Of a stretch of DNA of 64,000 nt, positions 41,392 through 53,588 are shown one piece after another; the first letter of the stretch is position 1; the number at the start of each line of letters is the position of its first letter. A program made the position numbers and the translations under genes. The stretch is from Candidatus Cloacimonadales bacterium (GTDB lineage Bacteria; Cloacimonadota; Cloacimonadia; Cloacimonadales; JAFGVF01), in assembly GCA_963667035.1 (NCBI GenBank), contig OY762964.1:2304001-2368000 (forward strand), in the 5' to 3' direction. The notes under the pieces were generated by a model. The model made no database searches and was not told the origin of the DNA. It worked only from the letters and a program-made list of their open reading frames with translations.

Positions 41392-42578
41392 CTCATCTCC
41401 TTTCTTTATTCCATTTTAATTTTTTATATATAAATATATAGAATGACATAAAAACTGGAACCTCGCTACAGCGTCAAGACTTTTTTGTAACCCGCAAATT
41501 CTCAAACATTTGGAACTTAGATCTCTCCTTACCTCTTTCTTTATATACAATTAATATATGCGTATTATAGTTAATTATGTCAATCTTTTTTATTGTTCTT
41601 AATTCTTCTCAAGCCCTATTTATAGCTACTTAAGGCAATATTTCATACTTATGTTTATTACTCATCCTATACTAGCTCCCTGAAACTATAACCTCTAGAA
41701 AAGATAGTGATTTAATTGTTACCGGCAAGTGGTTTTTAATACCTTTTTTGAAATAGCTCTAAGGGTTAAATTGTTAGTTATAAGAAAGATTATTTACTTT
41801 TATATTTTTCTACATTTACCGATTTTTCGCTCATGTTCCATTAATCATTGTCTTCAACAATATATCTCTTTATCTTTTTTTGTGCTTAAGATTACTAAGG
41901 CACTTTTTATTGTGTGTTGGCATTCTAATCTTTTTCCATACAATGCGTTAATGATTTTCATGCCGTCTTTTAATCAATCTTCTTTTAACTTAACTGTAAG
42001 ACAGATTATATGTTGCATTAAATACCCTTATTTTTCCTATGACTATCATTGCTATTTCTTAATAACTAAGCGAAACCTTAGAGTCTCCTGGCAATCCTTG
42101 ATCAAAACCCGTTACAGTGAACAAGTGTGTAACGGAAAAGTCATCAGTAACGGAACAATCTTTATCATTAATTATGATAGAGTAAAGAAGAAATATAGAA
42201 AGCATCTTCTGTTCCATTGCAACATGAGAATCAGTTAACAAATACTCCTACGGATAAATCAAACAAAATAGATGCTCCTCCATTTACAATAAGTGTTTCT
42301 CCCTTCAGATACTACTTGAGTTATATCCACTATGAGAAGAGTTTGGTTTGATGATAGGACATCTTCAATAAGATATATACTCCGGATAGGATTCCACCCC
42401 ATATTATCGGATACAACAATTCCAAATTCACCCTCATTATTATTATACATATCAACATAATAGTTAAAGCTTTTATCATTTCTCCACTAATAAATACCTC
42501 TCCAATACATTGAGCCAATACTATCCGAACAATTGTATATTTATTAATTTTTGTTAATAAAATATTCGGCTTATGGTT

Positions 42579-43325
42579 TTATCTGCATCTATTCCGTATT
42601 GCTTTAAGATTAATGAAACCTGCTTTAATGTCAGGATTTCTTAGAAGTACATTATACTCTTTCCAATCAGGAATCTTGGATTCTACTAAACGATGGAATT
42701 CTTTACCGTGATTTTGATGCTTGAAATGGGCTAATTCATGAACTACAATGTACTCTATACACTTCACATCATAATGAAGTAAATAAAGTGATAATGTAAC
42801 AACATTCTTAAAAGGATAGCATGTTCCCCATTTTGATGTGTAATTCTTTATTTTAAATGCTACTCTATCAGGAAACAATTCAGGGAATCTTGATCTTAAA
42901 CCTGTGATTACTCGTTCAAATATTACTACTGAATTTTGAACTATAAAATTCCCAAGGATAACGTCTCTTTCGATTTTACTTTCGGGATTAGGTCCGGAAA
43001 TAATAATTCTATCCTCTATTATATCCACATTGGGTTCTTTATTTTTAACCAATTGAATATTGTACTTATCCCCCAGATACCAGAAGGAATTTTGATATTG
43101 TTTCTTAAGTTCACTATCTCTGAGATTTGTACTCTCAATCTTCTCAATCATCTTTCGAATTCTATCATCTTTTTCCTCTAAGAAATTTCTAACAAAGTCT
43201 ACACTAGAGTTAAATGGTATACTAATTCTAATCTCTCCATCTTTTTGAATACGAAGATTGAGATATCTGACCCTCTTGCGTGTAACAGTAATAGGATACT
43301 CTTTATTGTTATGGATAATCTTCAT
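42579..43325 (-). CDS. YgjP-like (DUF45) zinc metalloprotein
   Basis: 'SKWGTC', 'YIVVHELAH...NHGKEF'. Confidence 0.88.
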   Translation of the reverse strand: MKIIHNNKEYPITVTRKRVRYLNLRIQKDGEIRISIPFNSSVDFVRNFLEEKDDRIRKMIEKIESTNLRDSELKKQYQNSFWYLGDKYNIQLVKNKEPNVDIIEDRIIISGPNPESKIERDVILGNFIVQNSVVIFERVITGLRSRFPELFPDRVAFKIKNYTSKWGTCYPFKNVVTLSLYLLHYDVKCIEYIVVHELAHFKHQNHGKEFHRLVESKIPDWKEYNVLLRNPDIKAGFINLKAIRNRCR

Positions 43326-43331
43326 AAAATT

Positions 43332-43356
43332 AAAAAAAGCCGGATTACTCCGGCTT
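43332..43356 (-). terminator. Terminator after rpsG
   Basis: aagccgga-ttac-tccggctt followed by a T-run on the minus strand. Confidence 0.8.
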
Positions 43357-43376
43357 CATAAGTTATATTAGTGATT

Positions 43377-43847
43377 CTACCATCTAAGATGAGCGAATGC
43401 TTTATTAGCATCAGCCATTTTATGTGTATCTTCACGTTTTTTGATAGTATTACCTTCTTTCTTGTAGCATGAGATAAGCTCTGCTGCAAGTTTTTGGTCC
43501 ATTGATTTTTCAGAACGACCACGAGAGTAGCTGATAATCCAACGGAAAGCAATCGCTCTACCGTCTTTTTCAGAAACTTCCATAGGTATCTGATAGTTAG
43601 ATCCACCAACACGACGAGAAACAACTTTCACAAGTGGTCTAGCATTGCTCAGAGCTTGTTTGAACACTTCTAATGGATCTTCACCAGTCTTTTCTTTAAT
43701 AATATCTAAAGCACCATAAACGATTGCTTCAGCAGTAGATTTTTTACCACTATACATAATACCGTTGATAAATTTAGAAAGAATTACATCATGATACTTA
43801 GGATCAGGGAGAATCTCTCTTTCCATCGCTTTACGTCTTCTTGACAT
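43377..43847 (-). CDS. rpsG: 30S ribosomal protein S7
   Basis: 'SRRVGGSNYQIP', 'HKMADANKAFAH'. Confidence 0.98.
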   Translation of the reverse strand: MSRRRKAMEREILPDPKYHDVILSKFINGIMYSGKKSTAEAIVYGALDIIKEKTGEDPLEVFKQALSNARPLVKVVSRRVGGSNYQIPMEVSEKDGRAIAFRWIISYSRGRSEKSMDQKLAAELISCYKKEGNTIKKREDTHKMADANKAFAHLRW

Positions 43848-43861
43848 TTAACACTCCTTCC

Positions 43862-44236
43862 TTATTTCTTTGGACGTTTCGCCCCATACTTAGAGCGAGA
43901 GTTCATTCTTTTGTCAACACCTGCACAGTCAAGGGCACCCCTGACGATGTGGTATCTAACACCCGGAAGGTCTTTAACACGACCACCACGAACAAGAACC
44001 ATTGAATGCTCTTGTAAGTTATGGCCTTCACCAGGTATGTAAGCTGTTACTTCTATTCCATTCGACAAGCGAACACGGGCAACTTTTCTTAAAGCTGAGT
44101 TAGGTTTCTTAGGCGTGGTTGTATAAACCCTAGTACAAACACCACGTCTTTGAGGGCACTGCATAAGAGCTCTATTTTTCTTTTTCTTTATAACTCTTTT
44201 TCTGCCTTTTCTTACTAACTGATTAATTGTAGGCAC
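43862..44236 (-). CDS. rpsL: 30S ribosomal protein S12
   Basis: '[10 protein letters not shown]', '[11 protein letters not shown]'. Confidence 0.99.
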   Translation of the reverse strand: MPTINQLVRKGRKRVIKKKKNRALMQCPQRRGVCTRVYTTTPKKPNSALRKVARVRLSNGIEVTAYIPGEGHNLQEHSMVLVRGGRVKDLPGVRYHIVRGALDCAGVDKRMNSRSKYGAKRPKK

Positions 44237-44246
44237 ATTTACTCCT

Positions 44247-47200
44247 TTATATCGTATCTAATAAATCATCGAGAGATTCTTCATCCTCGATTCTAGTAAG
44301 CTCTTCAACTAAATCGCGAAGATTCTTACCTTCTTCCACACCGGACTTAATTTTACCGATATAGTGCTTAGAACCGGTTCCTACTGGTATTCTATGACCA
44401 AGTATAATACTTTCTTTGAGTCCTTCAAGTTTATCCAATCTACCATCAATAGCAGCTTGCGAAAGTACTTTTGTTGTATCTTGGAACGAAGCAGCAGATA
44501 GCCAACTATCTGTCAACAAAGAAGTTTTGGTTATACCTAAGAGGAGTGGTTCAAACGTGGCACCTTCGCCACCTCTTTGCTCAACTTCAGCATTTTCTTT
44601 CATTACCGCAGTTTTCTCAACTACCTCACCTTCGAGGAATAGAGTCTTGTTAGGATTGATGATTTTCACTTTTTTAAACATTTGTCTAATAATAACACCA
44701 ATATGTTTATCATCTATCTTCACACCCTGCTTTCTATATATCTCCTGAATCTCATTAAGAATGAGAGTTTGAGCGGCTTTAATACCTTTAACTCTCAATA
44801 CGTCATGAGGATCAAGTGGTCCGTCAGAAAGTGCATCTCCACTTTCTACAATGTCACCTTGGTGAACTATTATACGTTTACCTGAAGGTATAACATACTT
44901 ACGTCCAACGAGTGGCTGACCATCCTTAACGACGTCATCATCAGTATAAATAGATTCTTGGAATGCAGGGATATCGAACACATGACCTGAGAGCGGTAAC
45001 TTTGTGCTGACTTTTTCACCGTCAGTTACGATGATTTGTTGATCTGCAGGAATATGATACTTATATTCCCTACCGGATTTAACAACAATATAGACATCCT
45101 GACCTTCTTCAGTCTTGTCACCGAAACGGATTGTACCATTTCGTTTTGAAATTATTGCATCTTCCGGAACTACGAAAATCTTACGATTTCCATCTTCATC
45201 AGTATCTCCCAAGATAACTTTACCATCTATAGGTGAGAAAACACTACTGTCGGGGGTTACGAATATATCACGACCTGTTTTCTTTAAACCACCAATGGTA
45301 ATCTTACCGTTAATCTCGGAGATAACTGCTTTCTCTTTTGGCACACGTGCTTCAAAGAGATCCTGTACACGTGGCAAGCCACCGGTAATATCGCGCTGTT
45401 TAACAGTAACACGAGATGTCTCACCAAGTCTGTGACCATGGTAAACATAAGTACCATCTTCCACTTTAACGTTAAGACCTGTTGGAAGCGGAACAAGTGC
45501 TTCGGTTCCATCTTCATCAACAATCTTGAACTGTGGCTGAATCTTTCTGTCCTTCGATTCAATAATGGTAATTTCTCTGAGTCCTGTAAGCTCGTTGAAT
45601 TCCTCTTTATAAGTAAAATCTTTTACGAAGTTCTCATAATGAAGAATACCTTTCGCAGTACTGATGAGCGGATTGTTGTATGGATCCCAACTAAACAGTT
45701 TAGTATCCTGGGCAATCTTCTGGTTATCCTCTACATAAACAGTAGAAGCATACTCAACTTTGTATTCTTCCAGAACGTTATCAGGATCCTTCTCATCAAC
45801 AAGAAGAATCTTACCGAGATGGCTTACTGAAATCTTTTCACCTTCTTTAGTAGTTACGACATTCATTCTATCGAACTTTGTAACCCCATCGAATCCTGAA
45901 CTGACTTCTGCAGTATCAATCTGAGTACTGGATGCACCACCAATATGGAATGTTCTGAGAGTAAGCTGAGTACCGGGTTCACCAATACTTTGAGCAGCGA
46001 TAACACCAACCGGTTCACCGATTGTAACAGATTTTTGAGTTGCAAGGTTTCTGCCGTAACATTTGGCACAAACACCCTTTTCGCATTCGCAGGTTAAGAC
46101 TGATCGTACTTTAACAGATATGATTCCATGTTTTTCAATCAGATGAGCCATCTCATGGTCAATTTCTTGACCGGCAATAACGATAACCTCATCAGTAATA
46201 GGATCATAAATGTCTTCAGCCGCAGTACGTCCTTCAATTTTCTCAGCTAATGTCTGAACAATCTCTTGTCCTTCTTTTAAAGCTGTTATCTCAATACCAT
46301 CAATCGTACCGCAATCTTCTTGGGTAATAATTGAGTTTTGAGCAACGTCAACAAGACGTCTTGTTAGATAACCTGCATCAGCAGTTTTAAGAGCAGTATC
46401 AGCCAGACCTTTTCTTGCACCGTGAGTAGAGATGAAATACTCAAGAACCGAGAGACCTTCTTTAAAGTTTGATTTAATTGGAGTTTCAATAACACCAATA
46501 TCATCACTAGTACTCTTAGTAGGTTTATCCATCAATCCACGCATCGCTCCAAGCTGTTTAATCTGGTCACGACTTCCTCTTGCACCGGACTTATACATCA
46601 TATAGATGGAGTTAAGTCCGTTTCTATCTTTTTCCAAATCGGTCATGAGCTTCTCGGTAACCTCTTCTGTAGCTGATTTCCATTTATCAACTACACGTTG
46701 CATTCTTTCTTTCTCAGTAATAATACCTGAAAGATATAGCTCTTGAATGCTCTTAACTTCAGCTTCTTTCTCAGAAAGTATCTCTCTCTTAGAATCAGGA
46801 ACAACAATATCCCCGAAGCTGAAAGTAACACCGGCTCTTGTAGCATACTTGAAGCCGGTTTCTTTAAGACGATCAAGGAACAAGGCAGTTTCGAACTGTC
46901 CCACTTTGTGGAAACATATCATTGCAAGTTCATTGAGTTTACCTTTGTTTAATACTTCATTCATGTAAGGAACTTCCTTAGGAAGGATAGTATTAAATAT
47001 TACACGACCAACTGTAGTTATTATATATTTCTTACCAACTTTGTATCTAATCCATGTATGAAGGTCAATGGTTCTTTCCATTGAAGCTTCACCTTTAACG
47101 CTACAATACATCTCATCATTATCGTAAGCTGTCAGAACTTCATCAGCATCTTGGAATACAGGAAGTTTTGCATCATCAGCAGGTTTTTCTCCCGCCTCAA

Positions 47201-48734
47201 GAGTGAGATAGTAAGTGCCAAGAACAATATCCTGGTTTGCAGCCATAGCTAGCTTACCGTTAGAAGGAAGAAGAAGGTTACGAGAAGAAAGCATCAAGAC
47301 ACGAGCTTCCATTCTAGCCTCTTCAGACAATGGAACATAAACAGCCATCTGGTCACCATCAAAGTCAGCATTATAAGGAATACAAACCATTGGGTGAAGC
47401 TGAATAGCTTTGTTCTCAGTCAATACAGGCATAAATGCTTGAATACCGAGTCTGTGAAGAGTCGGAGCACGGTTAAGAAGAACAGGATAATCCTGTACGA
47501 CTTCTTCAAGTATCTTCCATATTTCAGGTTGATTCTTTTCGATCATCTTCTTAGCAGTTTTAGCCTTCTCAGCAGCTCCTATCTTCTCTAATCTTTCAAT
47601 AATGAAAGGCTTAAAGAGCTCTTTTGCCATCTCTTTTGGTAAGCCACATTGATAAATCTTTAACTCCGGACCAACTGTGATAACCGAACGACCGGAATAG
47701 TCAACACGTTTACCAAGTAAGTTTTGACGGAAACGTCCTTGCTTACCTTTCAATTGATCTGTAAGTGATTTAAGGGCCCTTGAACCTCTTCCTTTCACAG
47801 GACGAGATTTCTTTGAGTTATCTATGAGAGCATCAACAGCTTCTTGAAGCATTCGTTTTTCATTTCTGAGAATAACTTCAGGAGCTCTGATTTCCAATAA
47901 CTGTTTCAATCTATTATTTCTTGTGATAACACGTCTGTATAAATCGTTGAAGTCAGCAGTTGCAAATCTACCACCATCAAGTGGAACTAAAGGTCTGAGT
48001 GTTGGAGGCATTATAGGCAATACTTCTAAAACCATCCATTCAGGTTTATTTCCTGAATTTCGGAAAGCCTCAACAATCTTTAATTTTTTGATTAACTTCT
48101 GCTTCTTAAGCGGAGAAGTCTCCATTAGAATAAGAGTCTTTAAATTCTGGGATTCCTTTTCCAAATCAATTTCGGAAAGCATATGTCTGATAGCTTCGCC
48201 ACCAATCATTGCAACAAAGGTCTCTCCTAATTGATCTCTTTTCTCGTAATATTCATCAGTATCAACTAATTCATACTTCTCATAAGGAGAGTCACCGGGT
48301 TCAATAACAACGTACGATTCATAATAGAGTATTCTTTCGAGTGTCTTTGTAGTAAGATCAAGCAAAGTACCTATCTTACTTGGAGCACTTGAAACAAACC
48401 AGATATGAGCAACAGGAACAGCAAGTTCAATATGTCCCATTCTTGTTCTACGAACACGAGAGGATGTAACTTCAACACCGCATCTGTCGCAAACGGTTCC
48501 TGCAAATCTTTTCTTTTTGTATTTACCGCAAGAGCATTCATAATCTCTTTCCGGACCAAATATTCTTTCGCAGAAAAGACCGTCTTTCTCCGGTTTCAAT
48601 GTTCTATAATTTAATGTGTCGGATTTTGATACTTCACCATAAGACCATGATCTTATTGCTTCCGGAGAGGCAATTTTAATTCTTACTGCGTCGTAATTCT
48701 CAATCTTCTTTTCTCTTTTAATTTCTCTAATCAC
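44247..48734 (-). CDS. rpoC: RNA polymerase beta' subunit
   Basis: 'NADFDGDQM', Zn finger, '[13 protein letters not shown]'. Confidence 0.99.
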   Translation of the reverse strand: MIREIKREKKIENYDAVRIKIASPEAIRSWSYGEVSKSDTLNYRTLKPEKDGLFCERIFGPERDYECSCGKYKKKRFAGTVCDRCGVEVTSSRVRRTRMGHIELAVPVAHIWFVSSAPSKIGTLLDLTTKTLERILYYESYVVIEPGDSPYEKYELVDTDEYYEKRDQLGETFVAMIGGEAIRHMLSEIDLEKESQNLKTLILMETSPLKKQKLIKKLKIVEAFRNSGNKPEWMVLEVLPIMPPTLRPLVPLDGGRFATADFNDLYRRVITRNNRLKQLLEIRAPEVILRNEKRMLQEAVDALIDNSKKSRPVKGRGSRALKSLTDQLKGKQGRFRQNLLGKRVDYSGRSVITVGPELKIYQCGLPKEMAKELFKPFIIERLEKIGAAEKAKTAKKMIEKNQPEIWKILEEVVQDYPVLLNRAPTLHRLGIQAFMPVLTENKAIQLHPMVCIPYNADFDGDQMAVYVPLSEEARMEARVLMLSSRNLLLPSNGKLAMAANQDIVLGTYYLTLEAGEKPADDAKLPVFQDADEVLTAYDNDEMYCSVKGEASMERTIDLHTWIRYKVGKKYIITTVGRVIFNTILPKEVPYMNEVLNKGKLNELAMICFHKVGQFETALFLDRLKETGFKYATRAGVTFSFGDIVVPDSKREILSEKEAEVKSIQELYLSGIITEKERMQRVVDKWKSATEEVTEKLMTDLEKDRNGLNSIYMMYKSGARGSRDQIKQLGAMRGLMDKPTKSTSDDIGVIETPIKSNFKEGLSVLEYFISTHGARKGLADTALKTADAGYLTRRLVDVAQNSIITQEDCGTIDGIEITALKEGQEIVQTLAEKIEGRTAAEDIYDPITDEVIVIAGQEIDHEMAHLIEKHGIISVKVRSVLTCECEKGVCAKCYGRNLATQKSVTIGEPVGVIAAQSIGEPGTQLTLRTFHIGGASSTQIDTAEVSSGFDGVTKFDRMNVVTTKEGEKISVSHLGKILLVDEKDPDNVLEEYKVEYASTVYVEDNQKIAQDTKLFSWDPYNNPLISTAKGILHYENFVKDFTYKEEFNELTGLREITIIESKDRKIQPQFKIVDEDGTEALVPLPTGLNVKVEDGTYVYHGHRLGETSRVTVKQRDITGGLPRVQDLFEARVPKEKAVISEINGKITIGGLKKTGRDIFVTPDSSVFSPIDGKVILGDTDEDGNRKIFVVPEDAIISKRNGTIRFGDKTEEGQDVYIVVKSGREYKYHIPADQQIIVTDGEKVSTKLPLSGHVFDIPAFQESIYTDDDVVKDGQPLVGRKYVIPSGKRIIVHQGDIVESGDALSDGPLDPHDVLRVKGIKAAQTLILNEIQEIYRKQGVKIDDKHIGVIIRQMFKKVKIINPNKTLFLEGEVVEKTAVMKENAEVEQRGGEGATFEPLLLGITKTSLLTDSWLSAASFQDTTKVLSQAAIDGRLDKLEGLKESIILGHRIPVGTGSKHYIGKIKSGVEEGKNLRDLVEELTRIEDEESLDDLLDTI

Positions 48735-48746
48735 TATTGCCTCCGA

Positions 48747-51700
48747 TTAACGATGGTCTTCTTTGATAAATTCAATATCAAAACCAAGTGATTGTAACTC
48801 ACTTATTAACACGTTAAATGACTCTGGTACACCAGGTGGTGGTGGGTTCTTACCACTGGTAATAGCTTTAAAGGCATTTGTTCTACCATCTACATCGTCA
48901 GATTTAATTGTGAGCATTTCTTCGAGTAAATGAGCTGCACCATAAGCTTCAAGAGCCCATACCTCCATCTCTCCAAGTCTCTGTCCACCATGCTGAGCTT
49001 TACCGCCCAATGGTTGCTGAGTAATAAGAGAGTAAGGACCTGTTGAACGAGCATGCATTTTATCTGCTACCAGATGGTTAAGTTTCATCATGTAGATTAT
49101 GCCGACTGTAACCCTTTCCTTAAATGGTTCGCCGGTTTTTCCATCATAAAGAACCTGCTTACCATCAATTGGGAGTTTAGCTGATTTGAGTTCTTGGCTA
49201 ATATCTTCCCAAGTAGCTCCATCAAAAATAGGAGTTTCAACTTCAAAACCAAGGGTTCTAGCTGCCATGCCCAAATGGGTTTCCATAATCTGACCAATGT
49301 TCATACGTGATGGCACACCAAGTGGATTTAATACGATATCAACAGGTGTTCCATCTTCCATAAATGGCATATCTTCGATTGGAGCGACTATAGATATAAC
49401 ACCTTTATTACCATGTCTACCTGCCATCTTATCTCCAACCTGGATTTTACGTTTCTTTGCGATATACACTTTTACCATTTTGCGAACACCATAAGGTAAT
49501 TCGTCACCATGTTTCAAGCGATCTCGCTCTTTCTTATATATATTGTCACTTTCATCTTTCGCATTCTTAACGGCAAGTATCACATTCTGATAAATAATTA
49601 AATTCTTTTCAGGATCTTCAACAAGTTCAAGATCTGTGTTAAGACGTTTGAAATCTATTCTCTTTAAATCATCTTTAGTAATTTTCTTACCTGGAGCGAT
49701 GAAAGGTATTTTTGTTTTTTCGTGAACGATATTCTTTGCAGTTTCACCAACTAGATAATCGCTTAATCTGTCTTCTTTATATTCCGAAATACGATTTCTT
49801 CTTGAAAGCTGATCTGTTTTGAGTCTCTTAATTGTTCCTTTATGATCTTCCTCAAGATCATTGTACTCTTCCGATCTGGAGAATACTTTTACATCAATAA
49901 CGTATCCTTCCATACCCGGTTTAGCCTTAAGTGAGCTATTAGTGAAATCTCCGGCTCTATCGCCAAACAATGCACGCATAAGGTTTTCTTCCGGAGAAGG
50001 GTCGATTTCAACACTCTTGGGAGTTATCTTTCCTACTATGATGTCTCCGGCTTTAACTTGAGAACCAACTCTAATAATACCTGTTTTATCAAGGTTTCTT
50101 AAAGATTGTACCGGAACGTTAGGAATATCATAGGCTAACTGCTCTTTACCGTTTTTGACATTACGTACAAGAACCTCAAGTTCTTCAATATATATTGAAG
50201 TAAGAGAGTCTCTTCTTGCTACATTCTCACTAAGAATAATAGCATCCTCATAGTTGTAACCATACCAAGGCATGAAAGCAACTAGCATGTTGGTTCCAAG
50301 AGCAAGACGTTCGTCTTCAATACAAGCACCGTCAGTTAATTGCTGCCCTTCAACAACCCTTTGTCCAACTTTAACAATTGGTCGTTGATTAATACAAGTA
50401 TCTTGATTTGAGCGTAAGAACTTTTTAAGTCTGATACGTCTCAAGTCATTAAATGAAAGATAGTTTGCTGATTTTTTATCTGGTTCAATCTCAATATATT
50501 CTGAGGTAACGCTTTTAATAGTACCATTATAAGGTGCTAGAAGAACAGTACCTGAATTTTTTGCAACTATTCTCTCCATAGATGTTCCGACAACCGGAGC
50601 TTCAGGATTTAGGAGAGGAACAGCTTGTCGTTGCATGTTAGAACCCATGAGAGCACGGTTAGCATCATCATGCTCCAAGAAAGGAACAAGTGCGGCAGAA
50701 ACCGAAACCATCTGCTGAGGTGAAACGTCCATATATTGTACATCAGTTGGAGGCACCAATACGAATTCACCCTTAGTCCTAGCATAGATCACATCGTCAG
50801 TAATCTCATGTTTTTCATTCATAGTAACATTTATCTGAGCAATGAGATAATGATCTTCTTGAGCTGGATCTAAGAACTCAACTTCACCGATAACTTTACC
50901 ATCCACAACTTTATAATAAGGTGTTTCAAGGAATCCCAAGTCATTAATTCTTGAAAATATTGATGGTGAAGAGAGCAAACCAATGTTAGCTCCTTCAGGA
51001 GTCTCAATAGGACATACACGTCCATAATGAGAATAGTGAACGTCTCGGACTTCAAAACCTGCTCTCTCACGAGTTAGACCACCAGGTCCAAGTGCAGAGA
51101 ATCTACGTTTATGAGTTAAAGCTGCAAGAGGGTTCGCTTGCTCCATATACTGTGAGAGCTGACCTGTAAGGAAGAAGGTATTTATAACACTGATAAGAGC
51201 ATTACTGTTTACTAAGTCGTGAACAGTTACCTCATCGTTGTTAGCAATAGCCATTCTTTCTCTTGCAATTCTAGCAACCATATTGAGACCCATTGTATAT
51301 TGCTCTTGAAGCAATTCACCAATGGTTCGAATTCTTCTGTTTGCTAAATGGTCGATATCATCAACTACATCAGAATCGTTGTAAATATTGATTAGAGTAC
51401 TAAAAATACTCTTAAAATCATCTACAGTAAGAGAATGGTTATCAAGAGGTATATCAAGCTCTAAACGGCTATTCATCTTGTAGCGCCCGACAGCACCAAG
51501 ATTATATTTTTTTACATTGAAAAACATCTGGTTAATGAATTCAGCTGCAACTTCAGCTGCAGGTTCTTCACCAGGACGTATAAGATTGTATATTTTCTTA
51601 GCGGCTTCATCTTGACTTGTTGTTGGGTCTTTATCAATGGTAGATTCCAATACTTTCTTCAGAATCTCATTTGGATTCTTAATAATATCTATCTCTTTAA

Positions 51701-52529
51701 GACCACCTTGAGCTAATTCCTTCAGAAGTTCAGGAGTAAGCTTTTCTCCGCCTTTAACAACAATCTCATCATGTGAATTTTTAATGTCTGTAAAACTATA
51801 ACAGTTAGTAGCTTTGTTCAATTTAACGGTTTCTTTTTCATAGAAAGCATTACGTAAATCATCATTTTCAGAGATTCCGATAGCTCTTAAAAGAACAGAC
51901 ACCGGTAACTTACGTCTTTTATCAATGTGAACATACATAACATCATGAATATCAATATTCATTTCCATCCATGATCCAACATACGGAATCACCTTACAGG
52001 AATAAAGCATTTTACCGCTTGGATGTTTCTCTTCTGAGAAATATACACCGGGTGATCTGTGTAGCTGAGAGATGATAATTCTCTCTGCACCGTTAATCAT
52101 GTAAGTACCTTGTTGAGTTACTAAGGGTAACTCACCAAGAAAGACTTCCTGTTCAATCGAATCCTTAATTTCTCGTTTTCCACCTTCACCATCTTCTTCT
52201 TCAAAGATATGCAAAAGCATTTTTGCTTTGATAGCAGCTTGGTAAGTAAGATTTCTTTCAATACATTCTTCGATTGTATATTTTTCCTTCAAGACATTGT
52301 AGCTAATAAACTCAAGACGATAGTTGCCTTTTGTGTCTTCAATAGGGAAAACATTGTTAAAAACAGCTTGCAAACCCTTTTCTTCCCTTTGTGAGGGAGG
52401 GACATTCCTCTGTAGGAATTCCTCGAATGAATCAACCTGCATAGCGAGAAGATTTGGCACTTCCACTTTAGGAATCTGTAATTGGTCAAATCTATTGGCT
52501 ATACGGGAATAACTTTTGATATGTCTCAA
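48747..52529 (-). CDS. rpoB: RNA polymerase beta subunit (TTG start)
   Basis: 'GDKMAGRHGNKG', 'HARSTGPYS', 'GQRLGEMEVWALEAYG'. Confidence 0.99.
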   Translation of the reverse strand: MRHIKSYSRIANRFDQLQIPKVEVPNLLAMQVDSFEEFLQRNVPPSQREEKGLQAVFNNVFPIEDTKGNYRLEFISYNVLKEKYTIEECIERNLTYQAAIKAKMLLHIFEEEDGEGGKREIKDSIEQEVFLGELPLVTQQGTYMINGAERIIISQLHRSPGVYFSEEKHPSGKMLYSCKVIPYVGSWMEMNIDIHDVMYVHIDKRRKLPVSVLLRAIGISENDDLRNAFYEKETVKLNKATNCYSFTDIKNSHDEIVVKGGEKLTPELLKELAQGGLKEIDIIKNPNEILKKVLESTIDKDPTTSQDEAAKKIYNLIRPGEEPAAEVAAEFINQMFFNVKKYNLGAVGRYKMNSRLELDIPLDNHSLTVDDFKSIFSTLINIYNDSDVVDDIDHLANRRIRTIGELLQEQYTMGLNMVARIARERMAIANNDEVTVHDLVNSNALISVINTFFLTGQLSQYMEQANPLAALTHKRRFSALGPGGLTRERAGFEVRDVHYSHYGRVCPIETPEGANIGLLSSPSIFSRINDLGFLETPYYKVVDGKVIGEVEFLDPAQEDHYLIAQINVTMNEKHEITDDVIYARTKGEFVLVPPTDVQYMDVSPQQMVSVSAALVPFLEHDDANRALMGSNMQRQAVPLLNPEAPVVGTSMERIVAKNSGTVLLAPYNGTIKSVTSEYIEIEPDKKSANYLSFNDLRRIRLKKFLRSNQDTCINQRPIVKVGQRVVEGQQLTDGACIEDERLALGTNMLVAFMPWYGYNYEDAIILSENVARRDSLTSIYIEELEVLVRNVKNGKEQLAYDIPNVPVQSLRNLDKTGIIRVGSQVKAGDIIVGKITPKSVEIDPSPEENLMRALFGDRAGDFTNSSLKAKPGMEGYVIDVKVFSRSEEYNDLEEDHKGTIKRLKTDQLSRRNRISEYKEDRLSDYLVGETAKNIVHEKTKIPFIAPGKKITKDDLKRIDFKRLNTDLELVEDPEKNLIIYQNVILAVKNAKDESDNIYKKERDRLKHGDELPYGVRKMVKVYIAKKRKIQVGDKMAGRHGNKGVISIVAPIEDMPFMEDGTPVDIVLNPLGVPSRMNIGQIMETHLGMAARTLGFEVETPIFDGATWEDISQELKSAKLPIDGKQVLYDGKTGEPFKERVTVGIIYMMKLNHLVADKMHARSTGPYSLITQQPLGGKAQHGGQRLGEMEVWALEAYGAAHLLEEMLTIKSDDVDGRTNAFKAITSGKNPPPPGVPESFNVLISELQSLGFDIEFIKEDHR

Positions 52530-52588
52530 AAGTCGCTCCTTTAATAATTCTTTGAAATGTTAAGAGATAGAGGTTCTTAAATACAATT

Positions 52589-52616
52589 GGAAGTGGATGT
52601 AAACCATCCACTTCCT
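52589..52616 (-). promoter_or_regulatory. Hairpin in the rplL-rpoB spacer (attenuator or processing site)
   Basis: ggaagtggatg-taaac-catccacttcc perfect 11-bp stem. Confidence 0.55.
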
Positions 52617-52633
52617 TAAAGTTGTGACTTGAA

Positions 52634-53011
52634 CTATTTAATTTCGCAAGATGCTCCAGCGTCGTCAAGTTTAGCTTTGACTGCTTCAGCTTCTTCTTTT
52701 GATACTTTTTCAGCGATTGGTTTTGGTGCAGAATCAACAAGAGCTTTAGCTTCTTTAAGACCAAGCTTAGTGATTTCACGAACAACTTTAATAACGTTGA
52801 TCTTTTTCTCACCAGCACTTGTAAGAACTACATCAAATTCTGTTTTTTCTTCAGCAGCTTCAGCACCTGCACCGGGCATAGCAGCAACAGCAGCTACAGG
52901 AGCAGCAGCACTTACACCAAATATTTCTTCGAGATCTTTTACTAATTCAGAAAGTTCAAGAACGGACATTTCTTTTATTATATCAATAATCTGTTGTTTC
53001 TTCTCAGACAT
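52634..53011 (-). CDS. rplL: 50S ribosomal protein L7/L12
   Basis: '[10 protein letters not shown]', '[10 protein letters not shown]'. Confidence 0.98.
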   Translation of the reverse strand: MSEKKQQIIDIIKEMSVLELSELVKDLEEIFGVSAAAPVAAVAAMPGAGAEAAEEKTEFDVVLTSAGEKKINVIKVVREITKLGLKEAKALVDSAPKPIAEKVSKEEAEAVKAKLDDAGASCEIK

Positions 53012-53047
53012 GGTTCCTCCAAATATTATTCTTTTTCTTTTTAATTT

Positions 53048-53578
53048 TTATTCAGCTTTTTGTTTAGCGATAGCGTCAACAGCATAGAAGAATTTCTTGA
53101 TGATTCCGGCACATACTGTAGCCATTCCTTGGATAGGTCCGTTGAAACATCTAAGTACCTGACCGAGTAATTCTTCTCTTGAAGGCATCTTAGAGAGTTG
53201 GTGAAGTTGTTTCTGATCGAATACTACACCATTAATATAACCTACTTTAAAGGATGGGAATTCTTTATCACCCATTACATCTTTCTTAAACTGTGCTACT
53301 ACTTTTGCAGGTGCAACTTCATCATTCATAGATACTGCAACTGCTGTTGAATCTTTGAGATATGAATCAAGTTCGTTTACACCGAGTTCATTGAGAGCAA
53401 TCTTGATAAGTGTATTCTTCTGTACGAAGTAATCTACAGCTTCTGTTCTCATACGATGTCTTAACTCATTAACCTCATCTATGTTTATTCCTTTGTAATC
53501 CACCAAGACAATCGCCTTAGCATCTTTAATGCGAGCCTTAATCTCTTTTACTGCGTCTATTTTATAGCTTTGTACCAT
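53048..53578 (-). CDS. rplJ: 50S ribosomal protein L10
   Basis: 'VDYKG', 'KNTL', 'MPSREEL'; synteny. Confidence 0.96.
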   Translation of the reverse strand: MVQSYKIDAVKEIKARIKDAKAIVLVDYKGINIDEVNELRHRMRTEAVDYFVQKNTLIKIALNELGVNELDSYLKDSTAVAVSMNDEVAPAKVVAQFKKDVMGDKEFPSFKVGYINGVVFDQKQLHQLSKMPSREELLGQVLRCFNGPIQGMATVCAGIIKKFFYAVDAIAKQKAE

Positions 53579-53588
53579 TGGGGCTCTC

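Noticed and set aside
41729..42238. 169-aa plus-strand ORF
   Set aside because: GTG start without SD, F/I/Y/C-rich composition typical of AT-rich non-coding DNA, no motif.
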